64,000 bases of DNA, taken from IMG/VR virus record IMGVR_UViG_3300030202_003189, positions 62,001-126,000 of that record; one strand, 5' to 3'. Of this stretch, positions 40,401-49,706 are shown one piece after another. Both the position numbers and the translations under genes were made by a program. Below the pieces are notes generated by a model. That model was not told the origin of the DNA, did not search any database, and saw only the letters and a list, made by a program, of their open reading frames with translations. Each line of letters opens with the position of its first letter. Position 1 is the stretch's first letter.

Positions 40401-41174
40401 TTTAAGGATTTTTCTTTACCTACAGTAATTACTGGTAATACTTCTTTTTATAAATCATATAAAGCAACTTTAACTGGAAATTTATTTGTCGGAATAACCC
40501 CTGGAAGTATAGGTAAGGTTGTTCTAGAAAGTGTGGTAGTATCTAGGCAAGCTTATAGGAGAGATCTTGCCGATGAAAGTATGTTAATAGAAAAACATTT
40601 TGGTGGATCATATATGGGAGGTATTTCGCAAATGAGATTTTATATCGAACCGTTGGATGCAAGTGAATTAATTCATAATTATTACACCAATAAGGAAAGG
40701 TACGGATTAATTGATTGTGACTGTGGTAATCTAGATACTCCAGTAGAGGGATGTGATACAGAGTATGCGATATTTACTTTTCCAATCGGTATTGATGAGG
40801 TCTCTTTAGACTTTGGTACTTTTAGGATGATAAGATGGGATTACACAGAAACAGAGAATGTATTAAGTTGGTCTGGAGTGACAAATTATCATGAAATACC
40901 AATAAGATATAGTTCAGTAGAACCCTACTGTACAGATCTTACCCAATACCAACCTTTCTTAACAGGGAGACCAATACTACATAAATGTTTAACACAAGCG
41001 GATTGTGAAGGGACTGGGTTTGGACAGTGTAATTCTACATGGAATACTAACGTTCCACCAATTAATAAATTCCCTTTCACGGTTGTTCCAAATAAACCAT
41101 TTACAATAAAGGTGACTCGTATTGTTCCAGGCAGTGAGGCAAAAATAACATTTACCGGAAAAAGGGTAAGGTAA
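37404..41174 (+). CDS. large virion structural protein (LamG/concanavalin-like frame with repeated inserted beta domains)
   Basis: 1256 aa; WTVECLLK, GTLTLYAN, YMGGISQMRFYIEPL..SELIHNY; three related inserts; Cys cluster. Confidence 0.65.
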   Translation: MAIQNYGFNNLDAKISNDSYWDFFLSSDQRDFNQEVIYSTEIISYSAQTSLFSNSFYSTRLPIYMDLNDPECSPQLEIGTLATHDQGGILTISLGGADVNRTAGLYHITSTCSDTLGVQPTAMFSLANGVVGCGASFYLVVDGAGAATLSGSSAYFNSITGGYGYKVGDILTIPDSNLGGGGAVDLVITVASVTTSTVINGGRFLSGNTLLSKMAWNYASVTDSQEIIDIGLTGLDNALTPTFTGHSLNLATSIPTTPEDYTFEPSWYDYRMKMKQVSGYTSFWDKRTNGEILTFSVSVGGTNVNRPAGTYTVNYGNYTTTSTDGINASFSIVVDGNGVTSVEDITIQDAGNYYLVNDQIAIPDAMLGDAATGGNLTITIDTVSTGVIDGTITYPIRSDFDRSGFFYQLYGGWFQGFYNFFSYGYQVLPKRMDKGWTVECLLKVRSSGSSWNNEKVVNLNNLYPDNEGIFFYYGARSENKFWNCYGGETGYTISNNVTALYNCTGSCKYTGVSADTCQSAQNFSCADGTCTDEVSCIDPNQCNSTWAYNGTNTGWTYDDQMFSGDFYTSAQTEYQIMSNNFALRLSGGPEYGGYKLGYRALRFTGDTAITGTSDSFACSGGTYATGFTIEEQYSPLQICTGNTKDSWIKVDAVFKRNNFYGTDLEKLWRGGTNLITTLTCEEETFEMSGSSATTTNVIEGEKLFIQNIAWTGDKSNRIGTLTLYANSRPVLVVENFEEIIPRRLNELPPKQLAEPFNMSFGGGSQGLYDSLTLSGTPGEAAVLWGQSFTQTALLNGLRDWQPMIKGHIWSMEEPNSPEPTWTAGVYAPIAVTSDAPGVGYGANISITIDATGNMVVSPIAGSLGVGFQDGDIITVPVAQFGGTGPNAEIEVTQTNNGTITFNDATGGDNVTLDTTTSVYGNQIAKLYYKEYRAPALNDSGVLESSGYQRPVVEGETYDIFLRGYGVSGTTSIDMGFSATTASTSPFNQPYPTGPEVTYVFKDFSLPTVITGNTSFYKSYKATLTGNLFVGITPGSIGKVVLESVVVSRQAYRRDLADESMLIEKHFGGSYMGGISQMRFYIEPLDASELIHNYYTNKERYGLIDCDCGNLDTPVEGCDTEYAIFTFPIGIDEVSLDFGTFRMIRWDYTETENVLSWSGVTNYHEIPIRYSSVEPYCTDLTQYQPFLTGRPILHKCLTQADCEGTGFGQCNSTWNTNVPPINKFPFTVVPNKPFTIKVTRIVPGSEAKITFTGKRVR

Positions 41175-41186
41175 CAAAATATAAAG

Positions 41187-41194
41187 TATTTATA
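41187..41194 (+). promoter_or_regulatory. putative late promoter element TATTTATA
   Basis: 3 nt before ATG at 41198. Confidence 0.5.
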
Positions 41195-41197
41195 AGT

Positions 41198-41599
41198 ATG
41201 GACTTTTACATTAGAAAAAACTCAACAGAACCAGTATTGAAAATGAAGGTAATAGAGGATGGTAAAAATGATTATGGTAATTTACACGATAAATTAGCAA
41301 ACTCATCAATTAAATTCTCTATGAGAGATTATAACACTGGGGTATATAAGATATTGAATAGAAGTGGTAGCATTGTTTCATTAACCAACGTAGATGTTAA
41401 CGCACCAACCGAATATTATATATTTTATCGATTTAGGGAACAAGATACAAACACACCAGGAAGATACCAAGGAGAATTCAGTATTTATTTTAATGATGAT
41501 TGTGCGGAATTAATAGTCCCGATTAGAGATAATCTATTTATAAACATAAATGACAGTTTTGCTAGAAGTAATTGTGCAAACTGCGTAGACAACACATAA
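41198..41599 (+). CDS. small Ig-like structural/adaptor protein (BppU N-terminal-like)
   Basis: FYIRKNSTEPVL, IKFSM, Y.F...DT..PGRYQGEF.I, LIVP; precedes the fibre gene. Confidence 0.6.
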   Translation: MDFYIRKNSTEPVLKMKVIEDGKNDYGNLHDKLANSSIKFSMRDYNTGVYKILNRSGSIVSLTNVDVNAPTEYYIFYRFREQDTNTPGRYQGEFSIYFNDDCAELIVPIRDNLFININDSFARSNCANCVDNT

Positions 41600-41609
41600 A
41601 AAAGAAAGA

Positions 41610-44501
41610 ATGGCTTGTAAATGTACACAAACAACGGTTAATGCAACTGCAGGGGGATCCACTACTGCGGCTTTAAGTGCCTGTACCTATCCCTTATGGA
41701 TAAGTATGTTAAGTGGATGTACCGCGGGACTCCCAGCAACTAATACACAGAGTGATGTTTTAATATCAAACCCTTCTGCAAATATTGTATTTAATACAGG
41801 ATATCCAGAAGGTTGTAATGATAGTTATACAACTTGTAATCAATACGTAAATAATATCGGTATAAATGAAACTAGACCACAACATACCTTATCAATAGGA
41901 GGAACTTTAGATGTTAGGGACTATGTACATTTTAGTCGTGGAGACACAGCTTCCCTTACTGGAGGTTCAAAACAGAGTGTTTATTTAGGTTTTAATGCTG
42001 GTCGTACAAGAATGAGCAACGCGAATTCATACGGGAATACTGCTGTTGGGTACTCGTCTGTAGGAGGAGCAGGAGTACTAAACGGATCCATATATAACAC
42101 CGGTATTGGTGCATATGCTCTTAATGATCTAACATCAGGAGATAAAAATACAGTCATAGGAGCTAACGCAGGAGCAGATATTACAACTGGTGTGAATAAC
42201 ACATTTTTAGGAACTGATGTAGCCTATCAATCGACGAGTACAGGAAATAGAAATGTTTACCTAGGATATGGACAGGGATATCAAACTGGAAATGTATCTG
42301 ATGAATTACGAATAGGTGCAGCAGAAGCAGCTTCTTGGAATAGAAAACCATTAATACAAGGAAACTTTGCAACTTCAGCAATGACAGTTAATGGAAGTCT
42401 TGAACTTGAAGGTACTTTAACTGGAAAAGGTGATGGTAATACTGGGGGTAATGAATATGTTTCAGTAGTTGGTGGCGTACTGTCAACTGGTATAGTACGA
42501 TCACCTAATTTGAATTTCGTTGAGCCGGCAAAATCTTTATATATCGGACCCACTTCTGGTTTGCATTCCGGACAAACAACTGACGTACAAAATACAAGTA
42601 TAGGATTTGAAGCAATGTCGGCACTTGGATTTGCGGGAGACGTTTTTAGTAATGTTGCGGTAGGATATCGAGCACTGTACCAAGCCGGATTGGCAAATGC
42701 GGTTTCTAGTTCAAATACTGCTGTAGGTAATAACGCATTAAAAGTTGTTGCTAATGGTACAAATAATGTTGCAATAGGTACTAATGCTATCGCAAATGCA
42801 CCCAATGGTACGGTCGACAATGTTGCAATAGGTGTAAGATCTCTTTTTGGTGCAACCGGGGCCAAATCAGGTAATGTTTCAATCGGTACTTCGGCTATGA
42901 TGGGATTGGAGGGGGAAAGATATAACACTGCGGTAGGACAAGACTCATTAAGTACCACCGCATCAGGAAGTGAGAATACAGCTATTGGGTATCAGGCAGG
43001 TGCTGAAGTTGCCGATCTTTCAGATTTTAATGTTTTGATTGGTGGTCACGCTGGACAAAATGGTGCTAGTACTTATAAGGGTGCAACTTTCGTAGGTTAC
43101 GGTACTGCGACCGGAGCAACAACATCAAGTTCCAATATTGCAATAGGTTATAACGCTCAAATACCTTATAGTGAAAATCACTTCATGAATATTGGTGATA
43201 TTATTTATGCAAGAAAAGGTTTTAATGGAGCGTTTGGTCCAGATACCATTTTACTAGGAAGGGATGCTTACACTAGTGGTGTAGGGATTGCTACTTATAC
43301 GGTTGGTGTAGTTGGTGCGTTAAGTGCAACAGGGGCAATACACTCAACAGATTATATTAAATTCCCTAATGTATCAGAATCTATGTGTATGGGATACCAA
43401 TGTGGTACTGGGGCAACAACTGAACTTAGGAATACTGTGATAGGGTACCAATCAATGGGGTTCTTAGGGTCTGGTTCAGACGCTTATGACAATACCGCTG
43501 TCGGGTACCGAACTCTGCGATGGACTTCAAATGGAGGATATAGAAATACCGCCATCGGATCTGGAGCATTACAGTTCAGTAACAATGGATATGAGTCTAC
43601 CGCTATTGGTGCTAGTTCCCTTAATGCACATACGGAATCACAGGGTAATACTTCAATAGGTTCTAGATCAATGTATTGGGCAAATAATGTTGAAATAGAA
43701 AATAACACCGTGGTTGGGGCTTATGCTTGGTATGGGTCGTTTGGGGCGGTAACTACAGGAAAACATAATACTATAGTGGGGTCTTTTGCCTGTCAAACTG
43801 CAAATAACCTAGGAGATTATAATGTTTATCTTGGGGGTTACTCTAATAGTAATGCAACAGCGACCGGTAAGGGTAATGTTTTTATGGGTTATGGTACCGC
43901 AACAGGTGCCACAACAAATAATGACGTAATATTACTTGGTTATAATGCTCAACCAGGTGCCGCTGTTGACCACCATATGAATCTAGGTGATGTTATTTAT
44001 GCGTCTCCAGGATCCACAACTGGAAGTAGTGGTAGAAAGGCTGTTGGAATAAATGTTCCTACACCATTAACCGCTCTTGACGTAAAATATGATAACGTTG
44101 TATCTTTAGCGTCAGATAAAGGTGGTGGTAGTGATATTGTTACGTTTGGTAGTGCTGGTGTTGGATATGCCGCAAATACACTAGTACAACTAAGAGGAAC
44201 TGATAATTGGGTTAAGGCAGACGCGGACCACACCACTTTACAAGGTAATTTAATTGGTATTGCAATGGGTGCGGCTCCTGAAGCTGGGATTTTATTAAAA
44301 GGTTATTATAATGTAACAACGGCAGATGATATAACAACTTGGGCGAATGGTGGTCCAGTATACGTTTCAACGAGTGCCGGTAAAGTAACGGAATCCATAG
44401 CGACACACGGGGCAGGAGATTATATTAGGCTTATGGGTTATATGACAACCACTGCTAATATTATATACTTTAACCCAGATAATACATTTGTAGTGTTATA
44501 A
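41610..44501 (+). CDS. fibre/spike protein with trimeric beta-roll (NTAVG-type) repeats
   Basis: Many N-[TV]-[AS]-[IV]-G repeats in three blocks; distinct C-terminal cap domain. Confidence 0.75.
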   Translation: MACKCTQTTVNATAGGSTTAALSACTYPLWISMLSGCTAGLPATNTQSDVLISNPSANIVFNTGYPEGCNDSYTTCNQYVNNIGINETRPQHTLSIGGTLDVRDYVHFSRGDTASLTGGSKQSVYLGFNAGRTRMSNANSYGNTAVGYSSVGGAGVLNGSIYNTGIGAYALNDLTSGDKNTVIGANAGADITTGVNNTFLGTDVAYQSTSTGNRNVYLGYGQGYQTGNVSDELRIGAAEAASWNRKPLIQGNFATSAMTVNGSLELEGTLTGKGDGNTGGNEYVSVVGGVLSTGIVRSPNLNFVEPAKSLYIGPTSGLHSGQTTDVQNTSIGFEAMSALGFAGDVFSNVAVGYRALYQAGLANAVSSSNTAVGNNALKVVANGTNNVAIGTNAIANAPNGTVDNVAIGVRSLFGATGAKSGNVSIGTSAMMGLEGERYNTAVGQDSLSTTASGSENTAIGYQAGAEVADLSDFNVLIGGHAGQNGASTYKGATFVGYGTATGATTSSSNIAIGYNAQIPYSENHFMNIGDIIYARKGFNGAFGPDTILLGRDAYTSGVGIATYTVGVVGALSATGAIHSTDYIKFPNVSESMCMGYQCGTGATTELRNTVIGYQSMGFLGSGSDAYDNTAVGYRTLRWTSNGGYRNTAIGSGALQFSNNGYESTAIGASSLNAHTESQGNTSIGSRSMYWANNVEIENNTVVGAYAWYGSFGAVTTGKHNTIVGSFACQTANNLGDYNVYLGGYSNSNATATGKGNVFMGYGTATGATTNNDVILLGYNAQPGAAVDHHMNLGDVIYASPGSTTGSSGRKAVGINVPTPLTALDVKYDNVVSLASDKGGGSDIVTFGSAGVGYAANTLVQLRGTDNWVKADADHTTLQGNLIGIAMGAAPEAGILLKGYYNVTTADDITTWANGGPVYVSTSAGKVTESIATHGAGDYIRLMGYMTTTANIIYFNPDNTFVVL

Positions 44502-44502
44502 T

Positions 44503-45093
44503 ATGGGAGTATTAACTAATATAAATGGTTTAGATAATAACCCGATAGAAGATGGTGGTTATTGTGGCGGTGCGATTTTTGGGCTTGTTGCCACCCCAAT
44601 GAGTGGTTTTTTTGGGGACGTATATGGTAACATACTTCCTCGAGATGCCATCTCTGGTATTAATGGGATTACTAGTACCAATCCAGCAGATATCCAACCA
44701 GGTGGAGATCCATTTGGTACAGCTTGTCTTTGGCATAAAGTTAGATATAATGGTCCATTTGCGGAGCTATCAGATGCTTGTTTACTTACTAATTCAGAAC
44801 CGGGAGCAACAGAGGCTAGAGTAGGAACCCCACCAAAATTTATGTTAGTACACGCTAAAGCAGGTGGAGGGAATCCTGTACCTTCAGAAGATATGTGGTA
44901 CGTTAGTACTTCAGTGTTTTCAAAAAGTGAATGGATAGGTGTTCCACCAGTAGTATCTTTTCCGGATAATGGTTATTATATACTGTGGGGTAAATATGGT
45001 ATTGATGACTCTGGGTCGAATTTTAAGGCGGTTGAGTTTCTAAACAATAATACTCCAGCACAGGTTAGTGTTAAAGGAACTTGTTCATTTTAG
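44503..45093 (+). CDS. hypothetical fibre-associated protein
   Basis: Starts 1 nt after the fibre stop; ING repeats near the N-terminus. Confidence 0.55.
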   Translation: MGVLTNINGLDNNPIEDGGYCGGAIFGLVATPMSGFFGDVYGNILPRDAISGINGITSTNPADIQPGGDPFGTACLWHKVRYNGPFAELSDACLLTNSEPGATEARVGTPPKFMLVHAKAGGGNPVPSEDMWYVSTSVFSKSEWIGVPPVVSFPDNGYYILWGKYGIDDSGSNFKAVEFLNNNTPAQVSVKGTCSF

Positions 45094-45128
45094 AAACCAT
45101 ATTTCTTTTATTTTTCAAAAATTATTCT

Positions 45129-45136
45129 TATATTTG
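45129..45136 (+). promoter_or_regulatory. Bacteroidota-type -7 promoter element TAnnTTTG
   Basis: TATATTTG 24 nt before the polymerase ATG; no exact -33 TTTG seen. Confidence 0.4.
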
Positions 45137-45160
45137 TCGTAAACTTTAATAAAGAGTTAT

Positions 45161-47878
45161 ATGTCTATAAAACACGATAAGATTCCACATATTGACCAAA
45201 CAACGATTTCTGCCTTTTTGGAGGGAAGAGATCCACAACAATATATTACAGCATTAGAATATGATGCGGCTAGTAACTACATTTACCTAGTTATCGATGA
45301 TCCAGAAAAAGGTAAATACACAACAAGAAAAAAACTTAAGCCATTTCTTTGGTGTAAACATGATGTGTTTACCTCAGAACAAATCAATTTTTATGGAAGA
45401 GACAGGAGAAGGATAAAAAACGCAATGAAGCAGTTTGGTGTTAAGATAAAAAAGTTAAACACTTCTGATGATGATAGATTAGAAAATGGGTTTAAGTACT
45501 TGGTTTACACAACACAAGGATTTTATACCTTACTTAAGTTTTTTGGTGATGGTGGGATACAACCATATAAGAATAGAGAGTATTTTGAACTAATATCCCC
45601 GGTTGAACAATACATGATATCAACAGGGAAAAGATTATTTAAGGGTTTTGAGAATTATGATAATGTTCATAGGTTGGTATTTGATATTGAGACTACTTCT
45701 CTTGAACCATCCGATGGTAGGATATTTTCTATAGGAGTAAAAGATAATAGAGGGTTTGAAGTGGTATTAGATGCTGATAATGAAGAAGATGAGAAGGAAA
45801 TGTTAATTAATTTCTTTAAGGTAATTGATTATGTTCGTCCTTCTATTATTGGGGGTTATAACTCGGAGAATTTTGACTGGTACTGGATTGTATCCCGATG
45901 TGAGACATTGGGGTTGAATATAAAAGAAATTGCAAAAACTTTAGACCCAAACAAAAAATCTAAATTTAGGAGACGAGAAAATATATTAAAGTTAGCTAAT
46001 GAGGTTGAGCGTTTTGAACAAACAAGTATGTGGGGTTATAATATTATAGATGTTATACATTCTGTTAGGAGAGCCATGGCCATCAACTCAAATATAAAAT
46101 CTGCTGGATTAAAGTATATCTGCAAACAACAAAGAATAGCAAAAGATAATAGGGTTTATGTGGATCACGATAAAATCGCTAAATTAAGATTTGATGAGAA
46201 TCCTTATTGGATAAACATAAAAACAGGTGAATGGTCACAAGATAAACAAGATGGTTTTGAGGAAATAAGTGGAAGAGAAATTGTAGAGAAGTACTTATTA
46301 GATGATATTTGGGAAACTTTAGAGGTTGATAACAGTTTTAATCAATCCTCTTTTCTAATGGCTAAAATTTTACCAACTATCTATGAAAGAGTTTCTACAA
46401 TGGGGACAGCGTCAATATGGAAATTATTAATGTTGTCTTGGTCATATGAAAATAATTTAGCAATACCAGAAAAAGGAGAGAAAAGGAGTTTTACTGGAGG
46501 TCTATCCAGAATACTTAAAGTTGGTTATTCTACGGATATAGTTAAATTAGATTACGCGTCACTATACCCTTCAATAATGATAACACATGGAGTTTATCCA
46601 GAATGTGATGTTTCGGGTGCGATGCATGCAATGTTACAATACTTATACGATACCCGAAACAAATATAAGTACAAAGCAAATGAATGTGCCAGTGAAGGAG
46701 ATAAGAAAATGGCATCATTCTTTAAGGCAAAACAATTACCAATTAAAATTATTAATAATTCTATGTACGGTTCATTAACTGCCCCACAAGTTTTTAACTG
46801 GGGAGATGTTATGAAGGGAGAAGAGGTTACTTGTACCGCAAGAATGTATCTTAGACTTTTAGTTAGGTTTTTTGAGAATAGAGGATTTATTCCCCTTGTG
46901 TTAGATACTGATGGGTGTAATTTTAGTGTACCTGAATCAACAAAGGAATATTCTTACGTTGGTAAAGGTATACACCATTTTGTTGAGGAGGGTAAGAGTT
47001 ATAGTGGAACCCCTGCGGTAGTTGCTGAGTTTAATGACTTATACATGAGAGGGGTTATGGGACTAGATATAGACGGTTTTTGGAAATCATCAATAAATAT
47101 ATCTCGTAAAAACTACGCTGATTTAACAGAAGACGGAAAGGTAGATATTGTGGGAAATACAATTAAATCAAAAGCCCTTCCTGATTATATTAAAGAGTTT
47201 ATTGATAATGGTTTGGACATGTTATTAAATGGTAAAGGACCGGAGTTTATAGAATATTACTATGAACATTTACAAAATATTTACGATTGTAAAATACCAC
47301 TTAATAAAATAGCATCTAAATCTAGAGTTAAAAGAACTGTAAAATCATATGTTAATAGAGGTAATAATAAAGCTGGTAATCCTCTTCCCTCACAAGCACA
47401 TATGGAGTTAATTATAAAAAACAACCTTAGAGTTAGTCTTGGTGATACTATTTTTTATGTTAATAATGGTACTAGAGCTTCTCATGGAGATATACAAAAA
47501 AAGAAGGGGACATTAACATTTAATTGTTATCTACTAGATAAAGAACAAATGGAAAATGACCCAAATTTACTAGGGGAATATAACAAAGCAAGATATGTTT
47601 CTAATTTTAATAAAAGGGTTAAACCTCTATTAGTGTCTTTTGACCCAGCAATAAGAGATAATGTGTTAAAGTCAGTTGATAAGAAAGGCGAGTTAGAATC
47701 TAGGGAATACTATACTAAAACACAAATGGCTTTAATTTCTGGAATCCCTTTCGCAGAAAAAGACCAAGACACTATGGACGATTTAATGAAAATGGATGAG
47801 AGGGAAGACGTATTCTGGAAAGAAATTAATAGTAGCCCCAAAGAAAGTTTAATGTCCGTTCTGGACTTAAATAAGTAA
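45161..47878 (+). CDS. polB: family B DNA polymerase
   Basis: Exo FDIETT, GYNSENFD, YLLDD; pol DYASLYPS, K...NSMYG, LDTDG, KNYA. Confidence 0.93.
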   Translation: MSIKHDKIPHIDQTTISAFLEGRDPQQYITALEYDAASNYIYLVIDDPEKGKYTTRKKLKPFLWCKHDVFTSEQINFYGRDRRRIKNAMKQFGVKIKKLNTSDDDRLENGFKYLVYTTQGFYTLLKFFGDGGIQPYKNREYFELISPVEQYMISTGKRLFKGFENYDNVHRLVFDIETTSLEPSDGRIFSIGVKDNRGFEVVLDADNEEDEKEMLINFFKVIDYVRPSIIGGYNSENFDWYWIVSRCETLGLNIKEIAKTLDPNKKSKFRRRENILKLANEVERFEQTSMWGYNIIDVIHSVRRAMAINSNIKSAGLKYICKQQRIAKDNRVYVDHDKIAKLRFDENPYWINIKTGEWSQDKQDGFEEISGREIVEKYLLDDIWETLEVDNSFNQSSFLMAKILPTIYERVSTMGTASIWKLLMLSWSYENNLAIPEKGEKRSFTGGLSRILKVGYSTDIVKLDYASLYPSIMITHGVYPECDVSGAMHAMLQYLYDTRNKYKYKANECASEGDKKMASFFKAKQLPIKIINNSMYGSLTAPQVFNWGDVMKGEEVTCTARMYLRLLVRFFENRGFIPLVLDTDGCNFSVPESTKEYSYVGKGIHHFVEEGKSYSGTPAVVAEFNDLYMRGVMGLDIDGFWKSSINISRKNYADLTEDGKVDIVGNTIKSKALPDYIKEFIDNGLDMLLNGKGPEFIEYYYEHLQNIYDCKIPLNKIASKSRVKRTVKSYVNRGNNKAGNPLPSQAHMELIIKNNLRVSLGDTIFYVNNGTRASHGDIQKKKGTLTFNCYLLDKEQMENDPNLLGEYNKARYVSNFNKRVKPLLVSFDPAIRDNVLKSVDKKGELESREYYTKTQMALISGIPFAEKDQDTMDDLMKMDEREDVFWKEINSSPKESLMSVLDLNK

Positions 47879-47915
47879 AACAATACAAAATACTAAACGT
47901 TTTATTATGATTCGA

Positions 47916-47923
47916 TATTTATA
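47916..47923 (+). promoter_or_regulatory. putative late promoter element TATTTATA
   Basis: 16 nt before ATG at 47940. Confidence 0.5.
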
Positions 47924-47939
47924 GTATAAAAGAAATACT

Positions 47940-48521
47940 ATGAAGAAGAAAAAATTAGAAGAGTTAATAGATTCTACTGGAAGTGTGATTTCAGGAGACT
48001 ACACTATTAATCATGATTTTGGTAGTGATAAAACCTCAGACCAGTTTGAAAAAATGACTAGACAAGGAGCATCCAATTTTTATGGATATAGAAGATTTTG
48101 GGGTGAGGATGATGCGAATAAACCTTATTCAGAATTGGCGGATAAACTACAAAACGACCCTAAAAAGTTCTATTCTATTCTTAAAAAGAATAATAAAGTT
48201 AATAAATTCACAGACTATTTTACTAACGACCCAGTTACAGAATCAGAAGAATTAATGAAAGATATGTTAGAAGATATAGTTAAAAACAAAATGAAAGATG
48301 GAATTCTACCGAAGGAAAGTCCAGAAATTATGTCATTACAAGAATATTCAGATGAGGATCCTATTCTTGCAAAATGGGTTTTTTTAGTAAAGGAACTTTG
48401 GTTGGAGAGAACAAATGATCAAAGACTTGTAATACTTAATAGTCTAATAGATGATGTTAATTTTAATGATATGGATCCTAACATTAAAAATACTTTAATA
48501 ACTAAGATTAATGGCGAATAG
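47940..48521 (+). CDS. hypothetical protein
   Basis: 193-aa ORF. Confidence 0.6.
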   Translation: MKKKKLEELIDSTGSVISGDYTINHDFGSDKTSDQFEKMTRQGASNFYGYRRFWGEDDANKPYSELADKLQNDPKKFYSILKKNNKVNKFTDYFTNDPVTESEELMKDMLEDIVKNKMKDGILPKESPEIMSLQEYSDEDPILAKWVFLVKELWLERTNDQRLVILNSLIDDVNFNDMDPNIKNTLITKINGE

Positions 48522-48987
48522 TGACTTATATGGTAATAAATGGACGGTACCTAATAATGTTATTACTAAGTTAAATAAGGAACTTAATAAGACTGATACT
48601 TCTGTGTCAGGGTATAAAAGAGCAAAGAATATAGTTAGTGATAGAACAATGACTTATTCTATGTTAAAGAGGATGAAAAACTTTTTCGATGCTTTCTCCG
48701 GAAATAAGAATAGTTCGGAATATTTATTAAATGGAGGAGACGCTATGAAGACCTGGGTTAACAATACATTAAATAACTCAAGAGGAGACATAGTTAGGAA
48801 TAAAAGAAATAAAAGCGATTCCGGAATGAATAATCAATTTAAGAAAACTCATTCTAAGGATAAAAATAATAAAAACGTCACCAAAAGCAGTATTGCAATT
48901 ATAAAAGGTGACTCTAGGTCAATAAAAAATAATAGAGCAGTCTATAAAGAAATGACCCAATTAATAAATAAATTAATAAAAAATTAA
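48511..48987 (+). CDS. basic hypothetical protein
   Basis: 158 aa, Lys/Asn-rich, overlaps upstream stop. Confidence 0.6.
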   Translation: MANSDLYGNKWTVPNNVITKLNKELNKTDTSVSGYKRAKNIVSDRTMTYSMLKRMKNFFDAFSGNKNSSEYLLNGGDAMKTWVNNTLNNSRGDIVRNKRNKSDSGMNNQFKKTHSKDKNNKNVTKSSIAIIKGDSRSIKNNRAVYKEMTQLINKLIKN

Positions 48988-48991
48988 AATT

Positions 48992-49327
48992 ATGGCACAA
49001 ACAATTGATGATGTAGCAAACGCAAAACGAGCAGAATTTTTCGCATTAAACCAAAGTAAGTTCGGTTATGATGAAACTGTTGCTTATAGTTATAATCACC
49101 CTAACGCTCAAGCTGATGGAGATACTAAGGGAAGAGGTAACTCAGATTATGCTGGTGGTGCTGTTGGTGGATATGCGGCCCCTTCAGACGCTTCTGTTGG
49201 TACAAGTATTGACATTGAGAAGCGAGATGAGGCAATTTCCTACAACGAAGGTTTAACAGGGATGGCTCCTGCTACACCATATACAGGACCAGAATTACCA
49301 GATTACCCATATCAGTCTAATCCTTAA
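48992..49327 (+). CDS. small putative virion protein
   Basis: 111 aa, Gly/Ala/Tyr-rich, codon usage resembling the MCP (GCT, GGT, AAC). Confidence 0.55.
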   Translation: MAQTIDDVANAKRAEFFALNQSKFGYDETVAYSYNHPNAQADGDTKGRGNSDYAGGAVGGYAAPSDASVGTSIDIEKRDEAISYNEGLTGMAPATPYTGPELPDYPYQSNP

Positions 49328-49335
49328 AGTAAATA

Positions 49336-49704
49336 ATGAAACTATTCTCAGTATATAAAGAGTTAGTCTTAGAGGCGGTAAATAGAAGTGAAATTATACG
49401 AGCAATAGACTCTCGTAATATATGTACAATATATTATGAAGGAGATACCATTTCTAATCCAGGATATAGGGAAATAGAACCTTATGTTTACGGACTATCA
49501 AAAAGAGAAAACCCCGTCATTAGGGCTTACCAATTAGAAGGTAAAAGTGATACCCCAGAAAATATGCCTGGTTGGAGACTATTTAGGGTGGACAGGATGG
49601 TTGACTTTATAAATAGTGGTGATATATTTAATGAAGCAAAACCTTTATATAACCCTAGTGGAGATAAGGATATGACAAGAATATACGCACAAGCAAAATT
49701 TTAA
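49336..49704 (+). CDS. stand-alone WYL-domain protein
   Basis: AI.....TIYY, REIEPYVYG, IRAY, WRLFRVDRM. Confidence 0.75.
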   Translation: MKLFSVYKELVLEAVNRSEIIRAIDSRNICTIYYEGDTISNPGYREIEPYVYGLSKRENPVIRAYQLEGKSDTPENMPGWRLFRVDRMVDFINSGDIFNEAKPLYNPSGDKDMTRIYAQAKF

Positions 49705-49706
49705 TT

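Noticed and set aside
43090-44005. Diversity-generating retroelement TR/VR pair in the fibre
   Set aside because: The duplicates are in-frame protein repeats differing at many positions, not only adenines, and no reverse transcriptase is present.
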